Numbered from the stretch's first letter, positions 28,303-41,857 are shown. The stretch is 64,000 nt of DNA from Paraspadella gotoi (GCA_051294375.1 CM119269.1:17904265-17968264); one strand, 5' to 3'. Notes: generated by a model from the sequence alone, not told the origin. Numbers and translations: made by a program.

Positions 28303-29815
28303 CTTTGTCGCTCTCACTAACTTTTAATTTCACGGTTAAATCACAAATTTAATTCGGCCCCCGAACAAAAAAAGCTTAATTTCCTTCGAAAGATCTCTCC
28401 CAATTTACGGTTCTACGGTTTCGTATCTCATTATCTTTTACCACCCTAAATCCCGCCACCCTCCAACCACTCCATCCATATCCTCCACAGTACCACAAGC
28501 GGTCTCGACGATCCACTCGGATCCTCGGCCTCGTCATCGGCACCTTCACCCTTTGCTGGCTTCCGTTCTTCATCAACGCTCTGGTCCGTGAATAGGGCGT
28601 CCTCGATTTTTACATTTATCATGATGATTTACAATAATGAATATTGAGGAAGGAATATTGAATGATAGATAATGGATAATTTCAATATAAACCAAAAAAG
28701 ATAATACGAAAAAAAAAACGACAAGAAAAAGAAGTAGCAGTGACGATAAAATAATTATTAATTAATTGAAATGATATTGGGTAATTATTATAATCAATCC
28801 ACGAAACTGAAAAAAAAAATTTACTTGTCGGTCCCCGTCAAAAACCGGTCCTCTCAAAAATTTCATATTTATGGATTCATAGATAAAAGAAATCTTTGCC
28901 TTGGAAGGCATGTGGGGTTTTATGAGTAGGCGTTTTGAGTCTCAACATTATTATTTTTCAACTAATCTCCGAGAAAGACGTTTGAGAGAATTATTTCCCT
29001 GAGGATTGTAGTATTCTCAGCAATTCGAATATAACTTGGAAAGGAAAGGGGTTGTAATATAAGACCACCAAAAAAAAATATATATTGTATTGTATATATA
29101 TTGTATATATATTGTATTTTGATGCTAGTGCGGAGTACAATAAGTATTCCCCGATCTAATACTTAAGGGAGTGGTCTTTTCATACATTTGAAACATTCTT
29201 TGAAATATTATACCACTTCATTGATAGGGAAGCCAGGTACTCTGGGAGTGAATAAACGGGACTGTGAGAGAGTCTTGATTGAAAGCTTGCAGGGACCTGC
29301 AATGTAATTATCTTGTAAGAGTGATGGAGGCCTTGAACCACCAAGGCCTGTCCAAAGTCAGGGGCAAGATAGCTTATTTATTAAATGAATGGATAATTTT
29401 TATATTGGTTGTACCAATTTCATATATATAGAGTGAAAAAAAATATAAAAACAATAATTCTGTGAAACAAAAGGATTTGAATAGCTCTACGCAGTATTAG
29501 GCAGTGTAACTTTTGAAAGGATACCACAAAAAATGATGTATATCTTTGATATTTGAAAAAAAAACCAAGTTTTTCACTCCCATTCTAATTTCTATTGAGA
29601 TCCCATTAAAAGATGCAATGTTTATTCGACCAACCCTTTCCTACATCCTCTGCTAGGTGAAACCCTTTGTGTCCTCCTACGCCCTTCCCCCTTCCTTCGC
29701 CTCTCTCTTCCTCTGGCTCGGATACTTCAACTCAACCCTCAACCCGCTCATCTACGCCGCTTGTCACGACGAACTGAGGAACAACTTTTGCCGACTTTTA
29801 CGGTGCCGGTGCTGA
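23363..29815 (+). CDS. Class A aminergic GPCR, serotonin 5-HT1A-like (exons 2-10)
   Basis: Exons 23363-~23579 (TM1-2, VTIFGNSLV...SLAVA.IMV...VMP, frameshifted by apparent read errors), 24274-24485 ([22 protein letters not shown], Asp3.32), 25610-25702 (AWILPAF...CMLSQDK), 26578-26695 ([14 protein letters not shown]), ICL3 exons 27334-27406, 27678-27753, 27873-27931, then 28491-28583 ([10 protein letters not shown]) and 29657-29815 ([16 protein letters not shown]...CRC*). Phases of exons 3-10 are all compatible. The SQD.GYTI.ST..AFYIP motif and short C-tail are typical of 5-HT1. Confidence 0.9.
25963..26410. mobile_element. MITE/foldback-like element in a GPCR intron
   Basis: Long imperfect inverted arms (CAATTTTCGCATTACGCCCATA vs TATGGGCGTATGCGAAAATTG; GATTCGAATTCCTCA vs TGAGGAATTCGAATC), flanked by (TA)n. 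Confidence 0.7.
29112..29423 (+). repeat. ~310-bp dispersed repeat with one fixed end
   Basis: Near-identical reverse complement of 51626-51939. Ends ...TGGATAATTTTTATATTGGTTGTACCAATTTCAT plus an AT tail. Shorter copies at 6178-6270, 9625-9665, 27987-28013 and 44682-44905. Confidence 0.85.
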
Positions 29816-30728
29816 GGGGGGGAAGGTGCCGGTGCTGAGGGGTTGCCGGTTCAGAGAAGGGGGAAGGGAGAGGGAAAAGGGCGGGAAAGAAAGATTTTTT
29901 TTTTTTTCATCAATCAGGTATTTTGGCTGAAGATTAAAAGGAGTCCCCTCCGGAAAAAAAGAGGTGTGCCAATTTTTTTTACGATATTTAATAGGGTGCT
30001 AAATGTTTTTTTTTAATATTTAATAAATTCGTGTACTGATAAGAATTCCATCGTTTTTTTCATTTAGCTGGTTTCCAAATATAAGTTTTTCTACAATTAC
30101 AACGGAATTTTTAATAATATTTTTAACGTGCAAGCTTGATGATGACAAAAAATATATGGAAGAAAGTTTAAACTTAAAACTGTTTATGAATATCGAACCT
30201 TAATCGTGATTACTCGCTACAATAAAGCCAAGACTTATTCTTTAATTATGCTCTAAAGCTCTTACAATGTTATTAAAATTATTTATCAGCAAGCTCGCCA
30301 CTTAAATGAAGCATAAGTGAGGTGACGAAATCTTTCTTTTTTAACGATTTTTGACGACTTGTGATTCGATAGTTATCCTTGTTCGTTGTTGAAACAAAAA
30401 TAATTTTCGCTGGGGTCGTATGATATAAAAATTACTACCCTGTAGAAATAAATATTTCTCCGGATTTGTTTTCATATCACTTTGGAATAACATATGCTCA
30501 TACATTCATATCATTATCATGTTTTAATATTTCTTTACAGTACAAATCTTTTACGGTTTAACTGTTTTTTAATCGCAGTTTATTACAATGTTTCTGCGTA
30601 AATCAAATTGAAACCCATATTTTGTTTATTCAATGTGATTGTTTTGGTGAATAAATTTGGGTCCAAACAACTGTTGACTTAATACGTAAAATCAGCGTTA
30701 ACAGAAAAAAATGACGAAAGATGCATAG

Positions 30729-33024
30729 GACACAATGAAAAATAACGTGGCGTTACTGTCTCGTGCTGATTTTGTCCCTTTAAAATTGTTTCTGAACCAA
30801 ATTAATTGATTATTACTTTTGCGTAAATTATGTACGAATATACACTAGCTGGGCATTACTGTGTGCTGATCCATAACCCTTGACATTCAACAAAAAAGCT
30901 AACTAGATCAAAAACTACGTAAAAAAGATGTAAGCGCAATATAGCTCGAAACGCTTACAAAATTTTAGACCATTGCTTTTATAAATGCAAAAAAAATATT
31001 AATATTATCGTAACAACAAAACTTTAACTGACTATACTTTAATAGTTACCGAGACTAAGATGCAATTTTTTACCCACTACATTTCCTCAATATTATATGA
31101 ATCCATATGTTTGTAATTAGTCAATAATCTAAATAACAATATGACAATTTCATTTTCAATTTTTTTTATGAATGAAGTTTTCCTCTGCTTATCCCCTTGT
31201 GCTCTTAATTATCTAATATTTATTAGAGTTATTTCCAAACACCTTATATAATTACTATATATTCTTTTCTTTTTTTTTCAATTCTTCAAACAAAAACAAC
31301 ATCATAAAAACATTTTAAATTAATAAAAATCATTGACTTGAATGATTTTGGCAAAAAATATATTTCTGAAACTCTTGAGAATACATGCGATTTCGACGTA
31401 TCAGGAAAAAAATTTGCAATTCTAAATAAAATCATCAGCCTCTAGTTTTCAATTTTTCTAGAGGCTGATTTTTTTATTTATTTTGATATTTTGATTTTCT
31501 ATGCAAAACCATTATTCTCAATGAGCAAGGTTGGGGGAAATTTTTTGTTCCAACAATTTGAAAGCAAGAAAATTTCAACTTTTTTAATTAGGCTTTTTTT
31601 GGGAAATAAATAAATCAATTCATCTATACGATGAGTACATCGGAAAGCTGATACTATCTCTAATGACAAAAAACAATTTTCTTCAAGTTTCTATTTTTAA
31701 AAATTTAAGTATGTGTATCAATAGAATAATGATGATACTTCTGCTTGCCAAATTTTATTTAACAATAGATTTGTTACTGCGTAGTTTGAAAAAAGTTATT
31801 TTTTAAATAACTTTTGAAAGAAAAAGCTAGCAAGATGGTGTGGTATCAAATTAAAGCCTAATCATGGCGACACCTTCTAAAAAAGTTTTATTAAATTTAA
31901 ATCCAAAATTTTACACAGCTTTTGTTTTAAATCAGAGTTAAAAGTATATAAAGTTTTTGCTTTAGAAAATTTCAATGAAGGCATATGAAATTTTTTTATT
32001 TTTTCTTTTGTAATTTGAAAAAAGGAAAAGACTGAATTACATTTTGATTATTATTAAATTTTTTTTATTCATAAAACTGCTTATATTTTTAAGTTAAAGT
32101 AAAAAAACAGAGCAAAATTTATGTTGTAAGCTTGACAAAATGTTTTTTTAAAATCAAAATGATAAATACAAAAATGTTTCAGCTTTATATATAACAGTCT
32201 GGACATCTAACCTTCTTGTCTGTAAAAAAAAAATCGGTATTTTTTCATTATCTTTAACTTGCAAACTAAAAGCTTTGACACACAGCTTGTTTATCATAAT
32301 AAAGTTTTAAAAAATTATATAACTGGCAATATATTTGACAAAGCAAGACATCATTGTGTTAAATTGTATCATTAATTTTCTTTTAAATATAGCAAGGAAT
32401 TTAATTCTATTAATTTATCATCCATTTTAATTAATAAAAAATTATTTCTCGTAATAGCCCATTACGAAAGGGTTCATTTGACTGACTTAATGATCGAATT
32501 TTTTAGATATCTTTTACTTGCCCCCATTTCACAGATATAAAAGGTCATGGTTATCAAGTCAGTAAGTCCAGATTATCTGTACCCTTTATACAACCTGCAT
32601 TCTGAATTTTCTTTTTTTCCCTTTCAAATGTATTAAATAAAAAAAATTATTTGTTGAGAACAAATCGGCATGGAGGATGCCATTGGTAAGCCTTAGTTAC
32701 CCCACTTCCTGATCGAATTTTTAAATGAGGGTTTTTTTTCCATCTATTTGAGACATAACACTAACTATGGTACTATTATTTTTTTTTATTTTTTTCTATT
32801 ACAATTCTAGAATAAAATATGAATAAGTAACTTTTTTAAAAAAATTTATCATCTTTCACCCTATATTCGGTCATATCTAAAAAACAAAAAGATTTTGCAT
32901 TGATATTTTGGATATCGACATATGAAACTATAATGTTTCAAAAAATAAAAAGAAATATAATAATATTGAACAGTGAATTTTTTTATGCACGGAACAGTAA
33001 CGCCACGTTATTTTTCATTGTGTC
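30729..33024. mobile_element. 2.3-kb non-autonomous DNA transposon, unclassified
   Basis: 31-bp perfect TIR GACACAATGAAAAATAACGTGGCGTTACTGT, 4-bp TSD ATAG (30725-28 and 33025-28), no internal ORF in the track. Confidence 0.85.
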
Positions 33025-33794
33025 ATAGATAATTTGGGATTCATTTCGGTTTTGCTGTCAGATAGGCTGATGCACTAACAACATCAATATCAGAACGCTT
33101 TAATCTAACTGCCTGGATTTTTTTATAGAACGCACTTTAAATGTTACTTTATACTGACTAAATATTAATTAATTAGTTAATTAATTAACTTAACATACAT
33201 TAATCTTGTCATCCATAGATACAGAATCTTTTGTTTAAGTCATAGGAAGTATGAACAAAGAAAGTTCTATTCTTCAATAAACAAAAAGTTATTGACAAAA
33301 GACAAAGCGTCCAGTATAGACGTTTTCGTAACAAATGTTACTCATAATCGAAAAATGAAGCTGGTTTGTAGAAAAAAAATGAAAGCGTCTATTTTATTGA
33401 AAGGTAGTAAATTTTAAGTTCGAAAAAGAACCTGTTATTTGAGTTCATCCGGATCGGTGAGAGTCAAAGTCAAAGTAAGATATTATGTGTTTTATATAAT
33501 ACTTATTTCGTATTGAGCATTCACTTTTGCATATTTTAAGATACGGCCGAAGTAAACATTGGTTTTGTTTCATTTTCATTGTTATTTTTATTTTAATCTT
33601 GTTTTTGATATTAATAAAGAAAAATAATATGACGTCATGACGTGCTTTTAAAAGAAAAAGGCTTCTCCGTCTTTGTTTAGCAGTTTCTCAAAATGATTCT
33701 ACCATGACTAAATACTGTTATGGGTCATCTTTTCCGATTGTACTCTATTTCAGCTTAATTGTAAAATAGGTTTGTTTCTAGTTTTATCATTTTT

Positions 33795-33950
33795 TAAGGG
33801 TTAAGGATGGAGTTAAGGTTAGCTATTTGGTTATATTTTTGGCTAAGAATTAGGTTAATGGTTACGGATTGAAATTTGGGATTAGGTTTAGGTTTTAGAT
33901 TAGGGTTAGAGATTAGAGATTAAGCATCTGGAATAAGATTAGGGTTTAAA
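33795..33950 (+). repeat. Degenerate (TTAGGG)-like tract
   Basis: Imperfect TTAGGG/TTAAGG/TTAGGT hexamers; similar tract at 35395-35545. Confidence 0.6.
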
Positions 33951-34391
33951 TTTAGTTCAAGGATTAAAAACAGAAAAATAGTCGCTTGTTTCGACCTGGT
34001 TGACTGTCGAAACATTAGGTTCCTTCCTGTGGATCGATTAGTGAAGCCACCTTTTTTCCCTGCAAAAAGAGAAAATGTTCTATCCATCCCGATATGCCAG
34101 AGTGATCGTGATGCTATCATAAATCATTGATTAATAGCTAAAGATTGTTAGAAAATTTCACATCTAATTCCTAATGCGATCCCACTAAAAACAGTTGGTT
34201 CTATTGTTTCTATTCTTGCTCTGTATGTTTTTTTTGTTTTCATCAATGCCATAACTGGTTTCTAACCATGATGATTTTTTCGTCACCTTTGACAAGCAAA
34301 TCCTTTCATTTTTCTTTTTCTTCTTCCTATTGTTCATTGTCTCCTCAATTTTCTTCTTTCGTTCCTCCTTTTTTTCTTTCCTCGACGAAAG

Positions 34392-34400
34392 ATATAAATA
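34392..34400 (+). promoter_or_regulatory. Putative TATA box of paralog A
   Basis: ATATAAATA ~170 bp upstream of the ATG; paralog B has a TATA in a comparable position. Confidence 0.45.
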
Positions 34401-34563
34401 CCGATCGGGTCTGCGCCATTCCCAAACTCTCAATCTAATTCAATATCTCTCTCTCCTTAGGAAAGTCTCTGAATCAAATTCTCTCTCTCTCTCTCTCTCT
34501 CTATCTCGCTCCACTCTGCGTCGAAGCTACCCTCGAATTTTTTACTATACCCCCTGAGTCAAG

Positions 34564-35659
34564 ATGGAACTCAAGGGCCTTCTACTTTTAGTTTTCGTGG
34601 TGACGTTGGCTGAAGCCTCTTACATCCGGGGTGAGCGTGACAATAACTTTTTGTGCGTCTAGTATGTGGCGCAATGCTGATTTAAACCGACAAAGATTGC
34701 CTTAAAATTTTTTCCAAAATACTGGCTTTTAAGTAAACTAAAAATGTTTAAAAAATCTCTTGTCTCTTTCCGGTGACTTTATTCATACTAGGTATATATA
34801 TATATATATATATATCGTTATATGTTTTCATACATATAACGATAAAAATTCGTTTCTCATAATTACCTCCTTTTCCCTTTGCTATTATCATTCAGCTATA
34901 AGTTTTTTTCCATATTGACAGATTTGAATAATCAGCTGAGACGCGTTTCTCAAAGGGGAGAGCTCAAGACTCTCGACCAATTTCTACGCGAGAATCCGGA
35001 TGTGGTGAGATATTAAAATTCTTTCTAATATCGACTTTCTTTTCAGCTAAGATTTTTTTTTTTTTGGTAAATGTGAAAAAATAATTGCCGACATTTTTCT
35101 TGGACAGGATCGAGTTAAACCAATTAATTTTCGAGAATTTTGACACTATTTTTTTTTCCCAACACCCGTTTTGCGTTTCAGCGTCACATCAGTCTATCGA
35201 AGCGCAAATCAGTGTAAGTAACAATTTCTCTTCAGATTAATTAGTTTCATTTATTAAACTTATGCAATACTGCTTATTCGTTTTCACTCAGAATTATAAG
35301 ACCAAAGACGTTTTGTGGAAACCTTTCGGCCTCATATTCCCAGAACGCGCATTTCATCTTAAATTTAGAATTAGATTTTTGTTTTAGTCAAAGATTAAGG
35401 CTAAGGTTAAGGATCAGATTTGGAATTAGGTTAGAGATCAAAGTCAGTGATTTGGTTAGTAATTAGGGTTAGGGATTTGGGTTGAGACTAGTGTATAGTG
35501 TATTAGGGTTCAGGATTAGGTTAGTGGTAAGGATTAGGGTTGGGGATTATGGTAAGAGATTGGGTTGTAGATTTAAATATATTTCTCGATTAAATATTAA
35601 TGTTAAAATTAAATTCTGGGATAAACCAACAAAAATTGTGCATTCTCGTAAAAGAGAAC

Positions 35660-35722
<63 letters not shown>

Positions 35723-38700
35723 CTCTGATTTGTTGATTCGCGTTTTAATGATTCAAATATGAATGTCAAAACGTTAGTACCTACTGTTGCCCTTTAATGC
35801 CCCGTCAGGAACTGCAACGAGGTTTGCGGCCCAATTCCCGGAGTCAGCGGAGAAAATGAGTGCGCAGAATGGGCTCCCGATTACGAGGTGAAGGGCAGTT
35901 GTCATTGCATCCATGAATTCAAGTGTTGCCCAAATCCTTGTCCAAAAGCCGACAAGACCGTTTGTTGGGCAAACAACAAAGAGGGTGAGTTAAAGGACTT
36001 TTCTTTAAAAAAATTTATTTTAAAATTTTTATAAGTTGAAAATTGAGTTCAATGCTTGGCCTGAACATAAATGAGCAATTTTTTTTACATTGACAGACCC
36101 GTGTTACCTAAACATACTTATTCATATGCCTGATGATTCATACAAATTTTAATATTTTGCGAAAAAAAAACTTTACCTTTATTTTTGTCAACTCTTTTTT
36201 TTAGGCTTTAAATACCCGGTTGAGACTAGGGACTGTTGCGACTGTCCCATATATAAATGCGTGACATGCGAACCCGTTGAAGATCCCGCCGCTATCTGCA
36301 AAGTAGAAAATCACGATTATCCTCTCAAGTGCTTCGATTATAAAAACCATGGGGCTTCAGTTAATGAAACTAGATGCTTCAGGTCCACATGCGAATTCAA
36401 TCCTCCTGATCCTCCCGCAAACGAAGTAAGATACTTTCTTCGATTAATATTTTACTCCTTTTTTATGAAAATTTGCAAATTACTTGTTTCACTATTTTTT
36501 ATTTTAATATTTTAATATTTTTATGAAGGATTTAGTATTTAAATCTATTATCGGCAAACGGCGAGGATAGCCGTGATACCCGGGGCGCGGGGTAATCTCA
36601 CCAACTGGCGCTAGGGGCTGCGGACCCATCAGTGACCGCCTCCTGTACTGGGCATGTTAATACCGCACCGTCACATTTAAGGCCAGACCCGGATACCCAG
36701 GGACTGAACCCGGGACCACGGATGGAATGAGATGATTTAGCCTGCTCGCCCATTGAGACAGAGGCTCGAGGAGCGGAACAGCAGTGAGGCAGCTTTAAGT
36801 CTTAGCTGCCACACACTATATTTATTCAAATATATATTGCTTTCTTTTTAAAAAAATGTTTTATTTATCTAATAATTCAATTTGGGAGGGGAAGTCAGGG
36901 TTGTCTTCTGGAAATAGAGGGAGCATCTATACAACACAAGGTTATATTACTATCTGTCCTAGTTTTCTAATAGATATCACACATCATTTCTGTTAGAAAG
37001 TCATTAATGAAAAATCATAATATCTAAGAGGCTGAACAGAAAGAGGTGGGAATGGATAATTTTTTGAGGGACCAACGTTATATATGATTTTCTTTACCAA
37101 TAGGGATAAGACTACCATGTAGAATTGTATGTTCTGATAGGGATATTTTTCTTTTTTTCATTTTCTCACTATCATCATTAATTAATTATTAATTCATTGT
37201 TTGTTTTTTTTCAACTTGACCCAGCAATGCGACAACGATTGCATGCGGTCTGAAATTGAAAGGACCGATTGTGGAAAAGACTATGAAGTTTGCGTGAGCG
37301 ATAGAGTCAAGACAGATTGTCCCTTGGACTCGCAAGCAGAGAGTTCGGCGGAACTGCAACATTCGCTCAAATGCTATCACCCTCCAACCGAGGTGGCCCA
37401 TCCCGAAGGAGGAAAGTTTTACCAATCTCACCAATGCGTCGATTGTGTCAAGTGAGTTAGAAAAGTTCGCTCATTCGTTCATCTTTTTTTTATGACCCTG
37501 ATTTGGTTTTAATTTTTAATTACATTTCTCCGTAAAAGGTGGAAATACGACAAGATATCTTGCGACAAAAAAAATGAGGAAGCCTCCGCTTATGAATGTC
37601 ATCACGATCACGAAACAAAATACGACAAAGTTTGTTGGAAAAAGATGACAGAACCAGGTGAACCTGTCGGTCGCCCATTGCTTGTATTTTATTTGGTGTA
37701 CATTTCAACTATAATTTTTTTTTCCTTTTTAAGATGAGTGCAAGTGCGATGTTGCCCATTGCGTAAAAACGCCGGAACGCGACGCTACTCATGTAAGTAG
37801 CTTTCTTTTTGGACGATCATAACGTCATGCTTTAAAATCTAGACATTGGTACATGGTACATATTATTTATTTAATCTTTTTTGTTTGTCTAGGAATTTCG
37901 CCCGGGAGAACGATGCCCTGAGGGTTACAAAAAAGTGTCCGGAGTTTCTATTTGCGGTTATAATCGCGATGTTTGCCTCCAATGTCCGGAAGTCAAAGAA
38001 CCAGAAAATTGTGACCTGAAATTCAACCGCATTGTCAATGATCACAATTGTAACAATTGCCCCATTAAGAGGTAATTATAATGTATATCTAAATTTTTTA
38101 AGTAAAGGTGTTTGCAAAATATGTCTTCGATTGCATAGAAGTAAGTTCGATCGGTGACAAATATATAGTATTTTGGATATAAGTTATAAAGAATTTTAAG
38201 AAAAAAATTATTCATTTGATTAACTTTTTGCAACTTTGCTGACACTTGAAAGTTAACATAATTTCCATGCCAAACCAATTATTAATTTTTGCGCATAAGA
38301 AAATATTAAAACACAGAAGTGATATATAAAAATGAACTTGATAAAATTAATTGGCAAAATAAGTGCAATGGTTATATTCAAATGATTTTTTTCTTTATTT
38401 CTTTTCCTGTTTTCTGCAGATGCGATCCGATTACGATTCCCACGGACGCGTGCGACTCGAACACCTATCATTTTGACATAGCGACCAAAACGTTCAGCTG
38501 CGTTCCGAAAGGTGGTAAAAGAAAAAGGAAAGTAAATAACTAAATAGGAGAGAAAAGCGCGAGCCAATTTTAAATTGGCCCGGAAAAATTACATTTCCGT
38601 ACTTGATATGACACGGCTCGATAGGGAGTTTTTTTCGTTTTGTTTGTTTGTTTTTTTTAAAAGACTGATGATGTTGTGAGTGGCACTGAACTCCACTTTA

Positions 38701-40138
38701 GAAACTAATCTACAATGAGCTAAACTTTCCTACTCCTATCTTGCAATTGTAATTGGTGATTTTTCAAGATTAAACTTTTCTATTGATGCTTATTTGGTTA
38801 TCACTGGAAAAAAAAAATAAAATGCTGAAAATAAATTTAGTTTTAATAAATGTATGCTTATCATTTAATTCTTTTTTTATCAAAATAATAGAAATAGAAA
38901 TAATAGAGTTAGTTTTTTCAACTTTAAATATGTTGATACAAATTAGTATTAGTATTAGCATCTTTAGTTTTGGTTTAAACTTTTTTACTAAATATTTAGC
39001 TAGAAAACATGAACCTTATTAAAAAATTTTTAAAAAAACGGCAGGTGAATTAACTGAGAAAAGAAGAAATGATGAAGTGATAAGCCACTTTATAAGTGTT
39101 GATCTTAACTGCTCTTTGTTCGTCAATTGTGTCATAAATCCCTAATCTTCGGAAACAACCGAAGACTGATGTAAAAAAAATTGACTTTAAATAAGTCACG
39201 GTTCAGGAACTGGAACCAGTAGCCTCGAGCATAGTTCGCGTTGTCGGCTTCCATTATTCCATTATAGCGATTCATACTAGGCTAGGGAGGAAACTTCAAA
39301 TTTCAGTATAGGTACGAAAGTTCAGCATTTAATTATTAAAATTACAGAGATAACAAGAGATAGGATTTTTTTTCTCACAATTTTCTCCTCTTTTTTATTT
39401 TTAATTCAAATATCTCTTACGATATTTGCGTCATTCACTTTTGTAGTTTAATCATAAGTACCTGTTTTTTTATTCAAATGAATCTGTTTGTTTTCTTTGT
39501 TTGTAAACAACTTCTTTATTTCTTTTCTTTTCCTCATCAATCTTCTCCACCATATTTCAGTGACGACCTGCTTCAACTTTCCCGAATCCGAAACGACCGC
39601 TCACGTCGACATCCGCCCGCTCAAACGAGAGAACCTCAACTCCTTGACCTTCGACGTCATGTACACAATGCGAAATGAAACTAAGGACCCGTGGATCCTG
39701 AGTTTCGTCAGCACGGACCACAAACACGAGCTGCTCATCGGACCTAACAAGGGATTCCACGTCAAATCCGGCAGCGTCGCCACCGTCTTGAAGTCCTCCA
39801 TGGGCAAGAAGATGCGCCTGACGATCGTTTGGAACCTCCTCACCGGAGATTTCTCCGTTTACGAGAACATGAAGTTGGAGCGGAAGGGAAATATGAAGAC
39901 GACCATCTCGACGGAGGGTTTTTTCATGCTGGGACAGATGCTGGGGGTGGATGGATACGAATCGGAGAAAAGGTTCATCGGCAAGCTGTGCGGGTTCCAG
40001 ATGTGGGACAGGGTGCTCTCCAAACAGGAGCTGGAACACCTGTTCCAGGGGGATTTGAGCGAGAAGGGAAATCTCTTCGATTCGCCCGCCACCTACGAGT
40101 TTGAGTTAAAGGATGGGGCAGAGGGTGCAAACCCGTAG
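34564..40138 (+). CDS. Secreted Cys-rich/pentraxin-domain proprotein, paralog A (610 aa)
   Basis: 11 exons: 34564-34630, 34922-35004, 35182-35213, 35809-35984, 36205-36425, 37225-37451, 37539-37657, 37734-37792, 37893-38071, 38420-38511, 39561-40138; total 1833 nt, open frame. Signal peptide MELKGLLLLVFVVTLAEA, propeptide ending SKR, 42 Cys by hand count, pentraxin-like C-terminus (FIGKLCGFQMWDRVLS). Confidence 0.9.
35395..35545 (+). repeat. Degenerate (TTAGGG)-like tract in intron 3 of paralog A
   Basis: Imperfect TTAGGG/TTAAGG/TCAGGA hexamers. Confidence 0.6.
36549..36815 (-). mobile_element. Divergent solo-LTR-like element with Pol III boxes, in intron 5 of paralog A
   Basis: GC-rich island with 4-bp TSD CTAT. 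Minus strand starts TGTGTGGCAGC..GCTGCC (hairpin) and has A-box-like TGTCTCAATGG, B-box-like GGTTCAGTCCC and a GGG-TCCGCAGC-CC hairpin. Confidence 0.7.
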
Positions 40139-40209
40139 TTTTAACTCCCATGGTAATTTATTGTCACTTGATAATTTGAACATTCTTGGAAAGGATCGGA
40201 ATTAAAGAA

Positions 40210-40272
40210 TTTTTTTTTCTGAAATAAAAGAAACAATTTGACAGTTAAGACGATAAAAAGATAAAACGATTA
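40210..40272 (+). terminator. Polyadenylation region of paralog A, conserved with paralog B
   Basis: TTCTGAAATAAAAGAAACAATTTGACAGTTAAGACGA is nearly identical to 48399-48435 downstream of B. Confidence 0.6.
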
Positions 40273-40837
40273 AATAATAAAGAATTAAAGAAAGTTTGAA
40301 ATTAACTTTTTATAGATCAAATTTATTTTTTTAAATTCATTAATTTTTTTTTAAACGGTTGATGTTCACACACTAAAAAGAAAAATTCATTCGCACCCAC
40401 ATTGTATAATCTCTCATTAGGGTAACATTTTTATGTGGTGACTCAGAATATATTTTTACGCTCTATAGCTGAATTCTTTTAAGAAAATTATGAATTGTGA
40501 GTCGAATAAAATGTTTAAAAATATAATGGAAATAGGTGTGAGAACCGATCGATTGAATGAGAAGAAATCACGTCACACTTAATAGGTGTATCCTTGTGTA
40601 TCGCTATAAACAAAAGAGATAATTGAAGCGTAAAACATTGGTCCATCCTGACACTAACAACCGATATTCAATTGACCGAGATTAAACTTTACCAACTCCA
40701 GAGATAATATAAAATTTCGACTATTAGCAAAGTATTTTTAGTTGTCTAGACTAACTATTTAAGCAATCATTTTCCAAAAAAATTTACATTATATGTCTTG
40801 AATAATACATTAAATATTACTTGTCTTTTTTTACATT

Positions 40838-41295
40838 ATAAAAATTTTTTTTGAAATCTAAAAATTTCTTGATGGATTCTGATAGAGCATATAAAGTTAA
40901 ACAAGAAATATAATTACAGCTTTTAAAAATTCTTACGTTTCCTATGTGAAAATATAAAAAAATTATAAAATCATTGAAAGATGATGATGATGATGATTTT
41001 TTACGGTTTTTCTTATTTTTGACTCACTTATCATGAAAATATCTAAAAAAGAATTATACTTTGTGCAGACAACTTTTTATGAGCTATCTGAATCTGGTCT
41101 TAAAATTTAAAAATTATCAAAAAAATTTGGGCTTTCCTATTTATAAATAAATATTAAAAAAATAATTATTTGGGTATAGAGCCACATAAGAAATGTTTTG
41201 TTCATTGAAAGTATACTTCAAAATGTATAAATTTTCGTGTGAGCATGTAATCATTCAATTTTTTTGGCCCACCCCATTGAGTGGGGCTCCCCCTA
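40838..41295 (-). repeat. ~460-bp dispersed repeat, probable DNA transposon end
   Basis: Reverse complement of 58871-59335; shared terminus TAGGGG..GCC.CACTCAATGGGGT. Confidence 0.8.
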
Positions 41296-41819
41296 ATTTA
41301 AGACGAGTTTTCAACCGCGACGATTTAATTTTAGTTTCCTTTGGTTATATTATCTTGAAGAGGATGAAAGTCTCCCTCTCTCTCTCTCTCTCTCTTTTTT
41401 TCTTGCTTTCTCTCTTTCTACGTCAGGGAGATAAACAATCCCGGATACATTAAACCGGTTTTATTAATCAAAAACATTTTTTACAACGATTTTTATCGTT
41501 ATTTAGTTCTCAAGGGTTCCCCTTTTGAATTTTTTTTCATCAATTGTAAAAATTGATAGAAATTGTTAATAAGGACGGATCCAAATAATATTGAAGGCTG
41601 TAGAAACGTGAATAATTGCTGAGATAATCATGAAAGTAATTGCATAAAGATTGAAGGCAAAGTAAATTTGATGTACTAAATATATTTTACTTCTGATGCT
41701 GATTGAAACTGATCTCTTTACAAAATTTATGACAGTAGATAATAAGGCGGGCCAAAATTAAAAGAGAGAGAAAAAGCTCGAGAAAGAAAGAAAGTGAGAG
41801 AGAGAGAGAGAGAAAGAGC

Positions 41820-41857
<38 letters not shown>

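Noticed and set aside
29802-29842. Short duplication of the GPCR stop region (GGTGCCGGTGCTGAGGGG twice)
   Set aside because: Real but falls after the stop codon; likely slippage with no coding effect.
22910-33000. Upstream EGF exons on the minus strand interleaved with the GPCR
   Set aside because: The GC-rich patches I inspected (24900-25500) gave no Cys-spaced EGF reading.
30731-33022. Transib/RSS-like element starting at CACAATG
   Set aside because: With those ends the 5-bp flanks (TAGGA and TCATA) do not match; including GA gives a perfect 4-bp TSD.
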